Notes: generated from the sequence alone by a model not told the origin. A DNA stretch of 64,000 nucleotides from Ostrea edulis (GCF_947568905.1 NC_079170.1:77810001-77874000); one strand, 5' to 3'. Positions 50,756 through 62,684 are shown, numbered from the stretch's first letter. Made by a program: numbers and translations.

Positions 50756-51615
50756 TGTAATTGGACATGTTCCTGATCAATAAATTCTTAGAACTTGATT
50801 GGTTATTCATATTCAACTATATCATTAATTTGATACGTTATCTCAACTTACATATAGTACACTACAAGTAACAGAATTGTTTTAGAAAGCGTTTTATTCC
50901 ATACGATTTTTGTATCTAATATGACATTTAGTGTTTTCATAATGTAAAAATTATAGCCTTTCCATTCTTCTCACAGTTCTGCCAATTCACTCTTTGCCAA
51001 TCGGAACCACGATATACGTTTTTCAAAAGAAAGGATATATTGTTTTAATTCATGGAAATAACCAATTAGTTCACACCTTAATGTAGAGGACGCACCAACA
51101 GGACTGAGGTTACACGACCAGTCTACGTCATAAATTATCTCTTTAAATTTTCTTGTTTACCGTTATTGGTAGCCTTGTGGTGAAGGCTTTCTCTGCCCAA
51201 CAGGGGAGTTCCAGGTTCGATTCTTGATCCCGACTCCGCGTCTAACTCACGACATTTAACGTAGGTAGCAACATTTCCAAAACCAGGCGTCCAGCTTAAC
51301 AATTGACAATCACGGTTTTGTTAACACGGAGATTCCTATTACAATATGCGTTAGGACAATAAAGAACGCTGACTGCTACCTCGACGACAGTTTACATTAA
51401 CGCTGACAACCTCTTTACATAATTACATAATTGCCAAAATTTCCAAAGGAAACAACATACAAACAAAAATAGAAAGAAGGATTAAATAAACTTGTTAACA
51501 CTTGCAAAAATTATTTTGAGTATATTGAACTTGAAAAAAAAAACATAACAGGCACGTAGTAAAGAAAAAGTATGACGATGTGAAAACTACTGCAGAACTT
51601 CAAAAATGATAATAA

Positions 51616-52230
51616 GAGGTGAAGATCACGAACAGTGATCAATCTCATAACTCCTATAAGCAATACAAAATAAATAGTCGGGCAAACACGGACCCCTGGA
51701 CACACCAGAGGTGGGATCAGGTGCCTAGGATGAGTAAGCATTCCCTGTCGACCGGTCACACCCGCCGTGAGCCCTATATCCTGATCAGGTAAACGGAGTT
51801 ATCCGTAGTCAATATCAGTGTGCCAAGAACGGTATGAAACAGGTCAGATAGCATTTGACCCAATGATAGGTTGCATTGACAAACTAGATCGTTATAACGA
51901 CCATAGAATTTGCGAAATGCTGACTTCAATCGAGACTGTTGAAACCATTGTACCATCAACTTGTTTGTCAGTAGCTTACCTCGAATTAAAAACTGACCAT
52001 ACGCAGAACAAGCTCTTACGTATCGAATCAGTTAAGAGATATAAACACCATATGCAGGTGATAATGGAATTTTGCTATATAAATATAGGAAGTTGACGAT
52101 AGAGAAGCTGAAATCATCCCGTTTGTCATACAGTTAAGTTGTCATTTTGCTGTTAATATCTACTTTCAATAAAATATCTAAGTATGAAGCAGAAGTAGAC
52201 GACTCTGTGGTGTCTTTTATTTCGAGCTAA
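51616..52230 (-). mobile_element. Penelope-like RT C-terminus plus 3' tail
   Basis: FQQSRLKSAFRKFYGRYNDLVCQ on the minus strand; paralog of 15721-16345. Confidence 0.85.
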
Positions 52231-52472
52231 CATTGTAGTAAAGAGTAATCATCGTGAAAATTGATTAATTATACAAATATATGAAGTATATGTTGTAAAC
52301 GTGACGGTTAATGTTGTAATAGTCCAAATAGTGGAATGTAAATATCCCATAAAATTGGCATGATCAGCACCTATTTCAGAGATAAAGCGGTTTTGAAATT
52401 CGATCATGATTAGGGTAAAACAAATTAATGACTAGGGTAAAGTAAACTTGATCAATTCACTGACTAGGGTAA

Positions 52473-52475
<3 letters not shown>

Positions 52476-52522
<47 letters not shown>
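52476..52522. repeat. (AT)n microsatellite
   Basis: Direct. Confidence 0.95.
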
Positions 52523-52524
<2 letters not shown>

Positions 52525-53164
52525 ACTTAGTAAATTAGTAAAATGTTGAATTAATTGGTTTTTTCAAGGTTTATCCCAAATGTGTTACTTTTGTATTAAT
52601 CTTTGGAACAATCGGGTATCGAACCCGGGACCTATGCATTACAAGTTAGGTGCTACCCAGGCCGATATAAACTATATGGTAATGATACTGCAATATAGAA
52701 TTTAAACCTATTTCGGAGATCATACAGACTATTCATACTGAGAAAACAATTTTAGAGAAAATGTAGGAAACGTTTGGAATGTCTTTAAACATCACGAAAA
52801 TTTAATTCTCTGTGTCCGCAATTTTTAAGTGAACACAGTGGCAAACTCAAGCAGAATTTTAATAATGATTAGGGATGTACTCTACATCGTCATAATGGCT
52901 GACTTCCTTTAAAAACATGGAAGAAAAAATTAATATTATGAACATCTGACTTTTCCTTTTCAATTTAAATACCTATCCCAGTAGCTCAGTAAGTTATGAT
53001 ACCGATTGGTGAATTGTAGATCGCAGGTTCGAATCGAGCAGGGGTTTTAATATTTTTTCAGAATATCTTCTACTAAAACTGTATTTTTTGACAAAATACA
53101 GTAAATTTGAAAATTTTCAACTTGAAAATATTGTTGTACATGTAAAACTTATACGGTACCAATT

Positions 53165-53217
53165 TTGATGCACCAGATGCGCATTTCGACAAATAATGTC
53201 TCTTCAGTGATGCTCAA
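53165..53217 (-). ncRNA. Minimal type I hammerhead ribozyme (unit 1)
   Basis: Minus strand UUGAGCAUCA-CUGAAGA-GACauuauuuGUC-GAA-AUGCGCAU-C|UGGUGCAUCAA; cleavage between 53176 and 53175. Confidence 0.88.
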
Positions 53218-53514
53218 CCGAAATGTTTGAAATCCGAAATAACTATGAAGTTTTAGATCTAAATATAGCCAAAAACAGCGTGCCAAACAAGTGGAGCCAA
53301 ATTCGTCCAAGGATAAGAGCTATGCATGAGGGAGATAATCCTTCATTTTGAAATGAATTTCTAAATTTTATAACAGCAATTAAATATACATCCGTATTTT
53401 CAAGATAGTAACGAAGTACTTAGCTACTGGGCTGTAGAGACCCTCGGGGACTAACAGTCCACCAGCAGAGGTCTCGACCCAGGGGTCATAATGTAAACTT
53501 ATACGGTACCAATT

Positions 53515-53567
53515 TTGATGCACCAGATGCGCATTTCGATAAACAATGTCTCTTCAGTGATGCTCAA
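53515..53567 (-). ncRNA. Minimal hammerhead ribozyme (unit 2)
   Basis: Core intact; stem II third pair C-A mismatch. Confidence 0.75.
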
Positions 53568-53865
53568 CAGAAATGTTTGAAATCCGAAATAACTATGAAG
53601 TTTTAGATCTAAATATAGCCAAAAACAGCGTGCCAAACAAGTGGAACCAAATTCGTCCAAGGATAAGAGCTATGCATGAGGGAGATAATCCTTCATTTTG
53701 AAATGAATTTCTACATTTTATAACAGCAATTAAATATACATCCGTATTTTCAAGCTAATAACGAAGTACTTAGCTACTGGGCTGTAGAGACCCTCGGGGA
53801 CTAACAGTCCACCAGCAGAGGTCTCGACCCAGGGGTCATAATGTAAAACTTATACGGTACCAATT

Positions 53866-53918
53866 TTGATGCACCAGATGCGCATTTCGACAAATGATGT
53901 CTCTTCAGTGATGCTCAA
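53866..53918 (-). ncRNA. Minimal hammerhead ribozyme (unit 3)
   Basis: All stems and core intact; only a loop II change. Confidence 0.88.
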
Positions 53919-54216
53919 CCGAAATGTTTGAAATCCGAAATAACTATGAAGTTTTAGATCTAAATATAGCCAAAAACAGCGTGCCAAACAAGTGGAGCCA
54001 AATTCGTCCAAGGATAAGAGCTATGCATGAGGGAGATAATCCTTCATTTTGAAATGAATTTCTAAATTTTATAACAGCAATTAAATATACATCCGTATTT
54101 TCAAGCTAATAACGAAGTACTTAGCTACTGGGCTGTAGAGACCCTCGGGGACTAACAGTCCACCAGCAGAGGTCTCGACCCAGGGGTCATAATGTAAAAC
54201 TTATACGGTACCAATT

Positions 54217-54269
54217 TTGATGCACCAGATGCACATTTCGATAAACAATGTCTCTTCAGTGATGCTCAA
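54217..54269 (-). ncRNA. Minimal hammerhead ribozyme (unit 4)
   Basis: Core intact; helix III variant AUGUGCAU stays self-complementary via G-U; stem II mismatch. Confidence 0.7.
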
Positions 54270-56507
54270 CCGAAATATTTGAAATCGAAAACAACTATGA
54301 AGTTTTAGATCTAAATGTAGCTAAAAACAGCGTGCCAAAACATCAAAACATCAAAATCAAATTTCTCTGGTGTAGCATACCTCCATAAACAAACTGATTC
54401 TGGAAACAGTGTATAGTTGATTTGGATGGGTCAAATGTATATTTTTTCGAACATATACATATCAATGTATCATGAAAGATTAATACATTTGAACTTGAAT
54501 TGTCTTAAAGTGTGAAACAGAATCAAAGAAAAACTGTCAATTGATGAAAACGAGGATGGAGAGCGTTTTGCAAAAACGAGTAGAGTGTTAGAATAGAGGA
54601 GGGGATGACTTTAGAGCTCCTCTGAAAATAATTCTTCGCCATCCTCTTGACGTGCGTTATCCGTTTCTACGGGAGTAAGAAAAAATCTTGAAAGGGACGT
54701 TAATCAATATAGAATCAATTACTCAATCTAAATACTATACGATATTCCGATACCAGTCACCTTCTGATATGTTGTATACAGGATGTCCCCATGGGTGTTT
54801 TAAAGTGACTGTGTCATTTGATGAAGACTAAAGTAAAGGTAATGGTACAAATACAGAGTGATACGATCCTCAACTTTACATGAATGGTGAGATTCTACGC
54901 CTTCCTCAAACCAGAACACACTACTTGGTGGTTAACAGAATCCTCCTTCAGGGTACTTGCTTCGCCGGGTTGAACAACCATACAGCTTTTATCGGATCCA
55001 TTGACAACTGAATTGGGCACTGTTGCAAACTTACATAAACAGGAATCCGTTTTTGCCCAACTCTTAATTTTCCATTCTTTATAGGACTTATGAAATTACG
55101 GTTCTTTACTTTTTTGCAATAATTAGTTTTAAAAACAAAAACAATGTTGATAAAAGTTTCGTCAGCTAGAACCAGTGCATATTTCGCACGTAACCTATCT
55201 AATTATTTCGACTTCTTTCTTGGTTATTAAACACAAAAGGATAGATGGTATGCGGTTTTTGTTTTAGTGTTTTGTGATTCGATATTCCTCTTCTACAGTT
55301 TATCCATTCCGAAAAAGTATGTTAACGAGATATGACTTCAGAAAAGACAGACGTTAGAGTAGTAGGAGTTTTCTTTTTAACGTCAAAAATTCATTGGGCT
55401 CACACGTACCCTCGAATTTTCTCTGACCTAACCTTCAGCGTGTGTTACCTGACTAACTTTCAAATACCTTAATTCTTAAAAATGCCGTGCAATATGAATG
55501 TTGGAAGATTGCTTTAGTTTGGAGATTAGAGAGTACTAAGGTTTTAGAACTTGGTCTCAGAAAGAATCGGATTTTCTATTAAAAGGAAATTTTGAATTTT
55601 GTCAAACATACTAATTTTGTATTAACTTTAGAATACACAACGTATGCGCAACACATAGGACACACATGTTAATCGGGCCAAAAATGATGAACATGTATTG
55701 ATAAGCATCTGGGTTATGTTTTGACGTATTCGTGGAGTTCATTAACTAGAATTTATACACGAAATGTTGTGTGAACCATCGTTGTTTACAGCTGACCAAT
55801 ATCTTGCGCGAACATTACTACATGGAAGTGCTATTTGTGTTTCATGGTTGTATCATACACAAACGGGGATGAACGATAACACATAAATGGCGATGAATGT
55901 TAGTTTCCTTTTATTTGTACTACTCAACCACATAACACGGGAGGGATAGTGCATATATTCTTATCTATAACCGGAAAGTATAGCGTGAGAGATTTTTTTT
56001 CCCTTCAGAATGAATTGATATCCGTTATGTGAGCGAGTTTGTGTCCTTGTAAAATTTGATTACATAGTTGCATGTTGAGAAAGTTATCGAAATTCTGTGT
56101 TATATTCTTACGAATGAGATGGGTTGTTCTTAATGCTACAATAATATTATATCAGTTTACATGATTTCAACTTATAGTTAGTCTAGTGTTTGGTAAGCTT
56201 ATTGCATGAAGTAAAGAACTATGGAAAGCCAAAGGGTTCAATATTCTATCTTTGTAATTATGTATTTGTTGTTCCTAAATGCGCCATCGGTTCAATGTAA
56301 ATAGAAAAATGTCAATCGTTATCTTCACATTTGTAGTGCATAACGGTATATTCGTCATTTGAATTGCGTAAGATGTAAATGGAATATATGTTTGTGTAGA
56401 TGCGTAACAAGTGAATGCATTATTTATTTAATGTAAATTTGAAATTGGATCTTCGTCATCCGTAGTTGAGCATTTGCACATTGTAGTTTGTAAAGCCTAT
56501 GCGAGTT

Positions 56508-56919
56508 AAATCTCTCACCAGAGGGCGTATTACGCTGCGTTACAACACCTCTGTCAACGTCTAAATGTCAAGATTCTTGGCAAAACTTACCTATACCTAT
56601 AGCATCATGGATAATAATTTTATAAGTTTAAGTTTTATGCTTTAAATCTTAAAGTAGGTTCACAAAAACAACGAATTCCATGATTATACTAGTATTATTG
56701 AATGAATGAATATTTATATAAACCTTCTAATTCGCTCAGATGTCTCATATTTACCATCTTCTGATTTTAAAAAAGTCAGAGAAGTGTTTGATTTGCTCAG
56801 ATATTATCATTACAATTCGATATGCTAAGTTAGTTTTTGTGCATTTTGATATAACTTTTTAGACGTTGACAGAGGTATTAGTGGAGCGTAGTGGGAACGC
56901 TAACTCTGGGTAGAGATTG
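56508..56919. mobile_element. MITE with ~60-bp imperfect TIRs and a 9-bp TSD (ATGCGAGTT), Mutator-like
   Basis: TSD at 56499-56507 and 56920-56928; CCTCTGTCAACGTCTAAA inverted at both ends; the opposite foldback arm shows the empty site. Confidence 0.8.
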
Positions 56920-57479
56920 ATGCGAGTTGTGGTTAATGTGTTTTGGTAATCCGTCCGATGTTAATTCGCATTTGCGCAATTCAACATTTGTAAATTGTTC
57001 TACCATTATGACGACAGAGGGCGCGCGCTACATCGTATCTTTTGGGAAACAGACTATAGAATCATATAGGAGGATCAGTTAACACTCGGGACTACTTAGG
57101 TGTTTAGCACACTCAACATTAACCGGTTGGCGCTAAAAGTCGTTGAAAATGTGCTGCTGAAGTAGTTTGATCAGAGACTTGATGTAGAACATTGTTGTAA
57201 GCATCAATATAGATGACTGGACTGATTTTTTCCATGAGTTTACTTTAAACAAACAGTGTATGCCATTTAGTAACCATATACCACCAGGGACGTTACATTT
57301 ATTTGTGCGAAACGAAGAATTCTTGTACATATTTGCTTTGATTGGGATTGATTTTCGTTTTCGCGCCCCTTCCTCACCATTTTTGCATTGCTGTCACTGA
57401 AATACGTAATTCACAATATTAAATAGTTAATATGTACATTTGGTAAGAATTCTAAAACATGCAAAAACTATTCTGCTTT

Positions 57480-57636
57480 CATCGGCGTCGGAAAGTGAGG
57501 GGGGGGCGGGCTAAACCAACAAAAAAGTTTCTACGTCGTTTGGGGGGGGGGGGGGTATTATGTCTATCTTTGCAAAAAAAGTGGAGGGGGGCTAAGCCCC
57601 TCCCTAGTCCCCCCCCCCCCGGTTCCGACGCCTATG
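57480..57636. mobile_element. Small G/C-tract MITE-like element
   Basis: 14-bp inverted termini CATCGGCGTCGGAA / TTCCGACGCCTATG; no TSD found. Confidence 0.45.
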
Positions 57637-59944
57637 GGTTTTATATTTGTAAACAAAGTGAATCAGTTATCATTTTACCAGTTGTTTTCATTAAATGACA
57701 GCCAACCTTGAATGTAACATATTTAAAGTTTTTATGTAATAGACCAGTCGGGCTATTTTTCCATAATTTTTACTAGGCCAGGCCATAAAACCAGTAGCGT
57801 GAGCCATGGCCTAGATTTGAATTTTACATTATTTCCACAAGCACTTGTTTCGTATCTGATCACCCCCTTCTTTTTCTCTCCACAAGATCGCTAACTCAAT
57901 TTCAGACACCCAAATTTCAAAACTCCTATATTTTTGTTAAAAATGTATCATTGATCAACATTACCGGGCGTATTTTGATATAGTTTAATTTGAGATACTT
58001 TTCTCTTGTCAAAAAACTTGTTCCAGTTGTCCTCTGTTAAGCCTCTTTATTGTAAACCACTCATTTTGTCTGTTTAAAGCAGAGAAAGACACATTATCTT
58101 TTTATTTCATAGTCTAGCTGTTAGAGGTTATTTATAAATCTTGTTGACCACATGTAGAGTCCTTGTACATATATGTAAATATACGCTTCCTAGACTCTAA
58201 ATATTTAGAGGATGTAGAAGTATTCTTGCAATTAATTTTTTACTTAAAGCAAACACGAGAATAGAGGGGAAACAACTGAAAATCCCATGATACAGTTAAT
58301 TACACTAAAAAAGAGTAACAATTCCATTTTTAGTGTAATAATTGCCCTGTTGGGAACTTGTGTCCAACCTTTTAAACAATCGTAGTGATGAACCATCGGA
58401 ATATTTTTTCATGATTGATTATCAGTATAATCGGACGCACTATAATTGATTAATAATCGATTATTTTCAAGTATTAAATTTGTTTATTATTGAATGAAGA
58501 ATGAATTGGTAAAGAATTTGGGGTGATTTCTGAAATGCATTTTTATGTATTTTTATCATTGGATTAATTTATTAAATTAATACTTATGAATTAGTTACAT
58601 TCACAGAAAATAAATCAAGAAAGCATGAGAATAAATCACTTTAAGTTATATTTTGATTAATCGATTATCAAAAATTTTAATAGATTATCTATAATCGGGG
58701 GCCATTTCGATTATATAATCGAATTTTTCTATTAATCAGTACATCGTCGGAGAAGAAACTCTATTTATGATAAACAGAAGGAATGAAACTCATAGTAAAA
58801 ATATGGTGTGAATTTGCTTATCAAAATATCTTCCTTGCACAAAATAAAATAATTTACCTCGGACTTCGAAAGGCCGGGAAAATAATAGCTCCGAGGGAAT
58901 GTCACATAAACTGGTCCTCCAATATGATTCTATAGTCTGTTTCCCAAAAGATTCGATGTAGAGCGCGCCCTCTGTTGTCATAATGGTAAAACAACGAACA
59001 AATGTTGAAATGCAGTAAACGAATGAGCAAATTCGAATGTCGAACTATCATCGAACGGATTACCAAACATTTTTACTGTAACTCGCAACTGCAATGTGCA
59101 AATACTCAAATACGGATGACGAAGATCTAATTTCAAATTTACATTGAATAAATAATGCATTCACTTGTTACGCATCTACACAGACATTACATTCCTTTAC
59201 AGCTTACGCCATTCAAATAACGAATATACCGTTATGTACTACAAATGTCAAGATAACCATTAACATTTTTCTATTCTATATTGAACCAATGGCGCATTTA
59301 GGAACAATAAATACATGATGACAAAGATAGAATATTGAACTCTTTGGCTCTCCATACCAAACACCAGAAATGCTATGATTTGTGACTTTTCACTCTATGA
59401 AAATTTGTACTTTGGCTCTCCATAAAGAACACATTCAAAATATGGAAATACATGTTTAGTATGTATCTTTTATGTCTTTCAGTTTTTTCATCATGTACAT
59501 GTATTTTTCTGAATTTGTGGAAACAGAAATACTTTTTATATGACATATCTGTTTGAGCTGTATTGCATTGTTTCTAAAGCCGTGTACATTTCCTGTCTGT
59601 TCAAATCCTCTCTTCTACTCCATCTTTTTTTTTCGTGCATCTTCTCACATCACTCTCAGATTTACAATTATTTCTTTTATGCAAAATGTTTACTTGTTAT
59701 AATTAGATTTAATATTTGCTGAATATACATGCTCTCATATTTCTTTATGCTGGTCTAAGAAAGAGAAGGTTTGCAAATATGAACGTGTGTATCATTACTT
59801 GAATTAATTTGGATATGTCTGGACTAATGTTTAGAAATCAAAGACATGGAAACAATCTCTTTTATACAATGGGAAACTATGAGATAAATATGGCTTCGTG
59901 TGTAGAGTTACAAAAAGAATTATTTTCTCCCTACATTCCCTGAA

Positions 59945-60100
59945 AGGTGAAAATAACAGTGATCAATTTCATAACTCCTATAAGCAATACAAAATAGAGA
60001 GTTCGGCAAACACGGATCCTTGGATATACCAAAGGTGGGATCAGGTGCCTAGGAGGAGTAAGCATAACCTGTCGGCCGATCACACTCGTCGTGAGTCCTA
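59945..60100 (-). mobile_element. Penelope-like 3' tail
   Basis: Tail family match. Confidence 0.8.
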
Positions 60101-60673
60101 TATCCATAAAATCAATCTACATCGAAAATTGCGTGTACATTTTTTTTTTTTTTTTTGGCTTTGTAAGAAACTTTGTGATAGTTTCTGGATGAGGTGTCTT
60201 GATTATATTAAAATAAAACCTGGGCTAGTACACATATTAGATAGTTTGATTAAATACTTGTCATTACCTGTCGTATCTGCTTAAAATTCCCAATTGTCAG
60301 TACCATGACACCATGTTAGTAATTTGAAAATCATCGAATATAAGATATTCTCCACTCAATTATGCATACCAGCTTAATTGAGAAAGCGGTGTAGCGTATG
60401 CAAGTTTTGGTGATCTAATGAATTTCAGTGAGATATAAAAATATACTTATATGCTTTATCACGTTTGAGACTAGGAATAATATTAGATAACATTAAACGT
60501 TGTTCGCTTCCTCAAAAGGGATACAAGTACATGAGATCCTTTGTAAGATTCTTAACCCCCATTGTAGTCTCGGGTTGATGTTTTGTTTATACAATACATG
60601 CTGATGTTTTACACATAAATGCGAAGACCTCTGTTACTGTTGCTTTTGAGGAGATTTTTATTTTTCCTATATA

Positions 60674-61081
60674 CAGTAAAACAGGGTTATAGCGAACCTT
60701 CGGGCCCAGCAGAAAACACCAGTTCGTTATAAGTAAACTTCGTTACATCCAACAAAAGTTTTGTTATATTCCTCTCATTGGGAAATGGAAATCACTTTGC
60801 AACAAACATGAATTCGTTAATTTCTTATAAATATGAATTCGTTATATGGAATTTTGCGCATTATAAATAAAATTCTATGCCTCATAAAATCTTTTATATG
60901 CAAGCTTTTACATTGTAATTTCATGATAATTTATAATTTGCAATTATCATTATTTATTGTATTATGATCGGGTTCAACTCAGATCGGGATCGAATTCCAA
61001 ATAATGAAAATCCGGTGAAGCACGAAATTTTGCTCAGGAATTTTGCGCTTTATAAATGAATAAAATAATAACAATAATAAA
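60674..61081. mobile_element. Left end of a pogo/Tigger-like TIR element with scattered TTCGTTATA subterminal motifs
   Basis: TA|CAGTAAAACAGGGTTATAGCGAACC; matching right TIR not seen in the window. Confidence 0.55.
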
Positions 61082-61334
61082 CATGAATTCGCTATAAGCG
61101 TGAATTCTTTATAAACAATAATTCGTTATAAGCGTAAATTCGCTATAAGCGTGAATTCAATATAAACCTGGATTTTTTTATAAGCGTGAATTTGTTATAA
61201 GCGTGAATTTGTTATAGGCGTGAATTCATTATAAGCGTGAATTCGTTATAAGCGTGAATTTGTCATAAGCGTGAATTTGTTATAAGCATAAATTCGTTAT
61301 AAATATCAATTCGTTATAAGCATGGATTTGTTAT

Positions 61335-62684
61335 TGGAGTAAAGGACTTATCGTAAAACTAGCAAAAAAGGGAGACCTCCAAATGTGTGATAACTGGAGA
61401 GGAATAACATTGCTCTCAGTCCCCAGTAAGGTATTCTGCAAAATACTTCTCAGCAGAATAGATGAAGCTATTGATGATAAATTGAGAGAAGAACAAGCTG
61501 GGTTCAGAAGAGGAAGAGGCTGCATAGACCAGATGTTTGCCATTCGTAATATTATCGAACAATGTATTGAATGGAAAATGCCACTATACATCAACTATAT
61601 TGACTTTAAGAAGGCATTTGACAGTGTGCATAGGGATACATTGTGGAAAATAGTTATATCATATGGAATCCCAATGAAGATCTGTAACCTTATGCGAGCA
61701 TTCTACCAAAACTTTGAATGCAGTGTCATATTAGAAAAGAACATCTCTGAGTCCTTTAGTGTCAAATCTGGAGTTAGACAAGGATGTATATTGTCACCTA
61801 TCCTCTTCTTAATTGTCATTGATTGGATCCAAAGAAACAGCACAGCAGATAAGAAGAGAGGTATCCATTGGACTCTGTTCAGCAACCTAGAGGACCTAGA
61901 CCTTGCAGACGACCTGGCAGAGATCTCAGGGAACAAGACCCATCTACAAGAAAAAACAGATCAGCTGAACAAATTTGCCAAACAAACTGGTCTTAACATC
62001 AACACCAAAAAGACCAAGATGATGACAATAAATACTCCAGTGGAACCTGTGGTTTTAAATGGAGAACCGCTAGAGGAGGTAGAGAACTTCACCTACCTAG
62101 GAAGCATACTTAGCAAGGACAACGGTGCCGGGAAAGACATAAAGGCAAGACTCAACAAAGCACGTGCAGCATTCGCCCAACTCCAAACCATCTGGAAATC
62201 AAACAGCTACAGTCTGAGGACCAAAGTCCAACTTTATAACAGCAATGTGAAATCAGTCCTCCTGTATGGGTCTGAATGCTGGCGTGTTATAGACAGTGAT
62301 ATGAGAAAAATTGAGGCCTTCCACAACAGCTGCCTTAGAAAAATAAACAGAATCTTTTGGCCAAACAAAATCAGTAATAAAAACCTACACCAAAAGTGCA
62401 AAAGCAAGAACATCAGCACAGAGATTAAACAAAGAAGAATGAGATGGCTTGGTCACGTAATGAGAATGCCCCAGAACAGGATTCCCAAAGTAGCTCTACA
62501 CTGGACACCACCTGGAAAGAGGAAAAGAGGCAGACCACGTACCACCTGGAGGAGAATCGTAACATCAGAACTAGAGGAAATGGGCTACTCATGGGGACAG
62601 GCACAGTATATTGCCAAGGACAGAGGTAGATATAGACAACTTGTTGAAGCCTTATGTCCCACCGGGGACGAAGAGGATAAGTAA
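61335..62684 (+). CDS. RTE reverse transcriptase, open from the truncation point to the stop (450 codons; no endonuclease)
   Basis: The frame of ORF 61383..62684 extends 16 codons upstream (WSKGLIVKLAKKGDLQ) to the TSD; the stop lies in the TAAG tail. Confidence 0.9.
   Translation, partial: WSKGLIVKLAKKGDLQMCDNWRGITLLSVPSKVFCKILLSRIDEAIDDKLREEQAGFRRGRGCIDQMFAIRNIIEQCIEWKMPLYINYIDFKKAFDSVHRDTLWKIVISYGIPMKICNLMRAFYQNFECSVILEKNISESFSVKSGVRQGCILSPILFLIVIDWIQRNSTADKKRGIHWTLFSNLEDLDLADDLAEISGNKTHLQEKTDQLNKFAKQTGLNINTKKTKMMTINTPVEPVVLNGEPLEEVENFTYLGSILSKDNGAGKDIKARLNKARAAFAQLQTIWKSNSYSLRTKVQLYNSNVKSVLLYGSECWRVIDSDMRKIEAFHNSCLRKINRIFWPNKISNKNLHQKCKSKNISTEIKQRRMRWLGHVMRMPQNRIPKVALHWTPPGKRKRGRPRTTWRRIVTSELEEMGYSWGQAQYIAKDRGRYRQLVEALCPTGDEEDK

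Larger units (their letters stand above)
35431..52870 (+). repeat. Segmental tandem duplicate (copy B) of 1-~16950
   Basis: Collinear similarity through exons, introns and shared TE relics, interrupted by copy-specific insertions and deletions; similarity is lost at ~16950 and ~52870. Confidence 0.92.
53142..54340 (-). mobile_element. Head-to-tail array (3.4 units, period 350-351 bp) of a hammerhead-bearing non-coding element (non-LTR retrozyme-like)
   Basis: Units start at 53142, 53493, 53843 and 54194; nearly identical; no ORF; one hammerhead per unit. Confidence 0.88.
56182..59372. mobile_element. Foldback-like element with long imperfect inverted arms (~56182-57078 and ~58912-59372)
   Basis: For example GAATATTGAAC / GTTCAATATTC and ACAGAGGGCGCGC / GCGCGCCCTCTGT blocks are collinear in reverse complement over ~440 bp. 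Confidence 0.75.

Noticed and set aside
53165-53190. Alternative hammerhead fold with a long helix III (AUGCGC-aucug-GUGCAU)
   Set aside because: It leaves no stem I partner (A opposite A), so it cannot be the active fold; it may be a competing inactive conformer.
58430-58748. AATCGATT-rich inverted motifs suggesting a hAT-like MITE
   Set aside because: Termini and TSD could not be defined.
61335-61400. 5' self-cleaving ribozyme sometimes found in RTE elements
   Set aside because: The element is 5'-truncated within the ORF, so the region is absent.
61331-62629. Antisense and alternate-frame ORFs over the RTE
   Set aside because: Shadow ORFs of the RT coding sequence.
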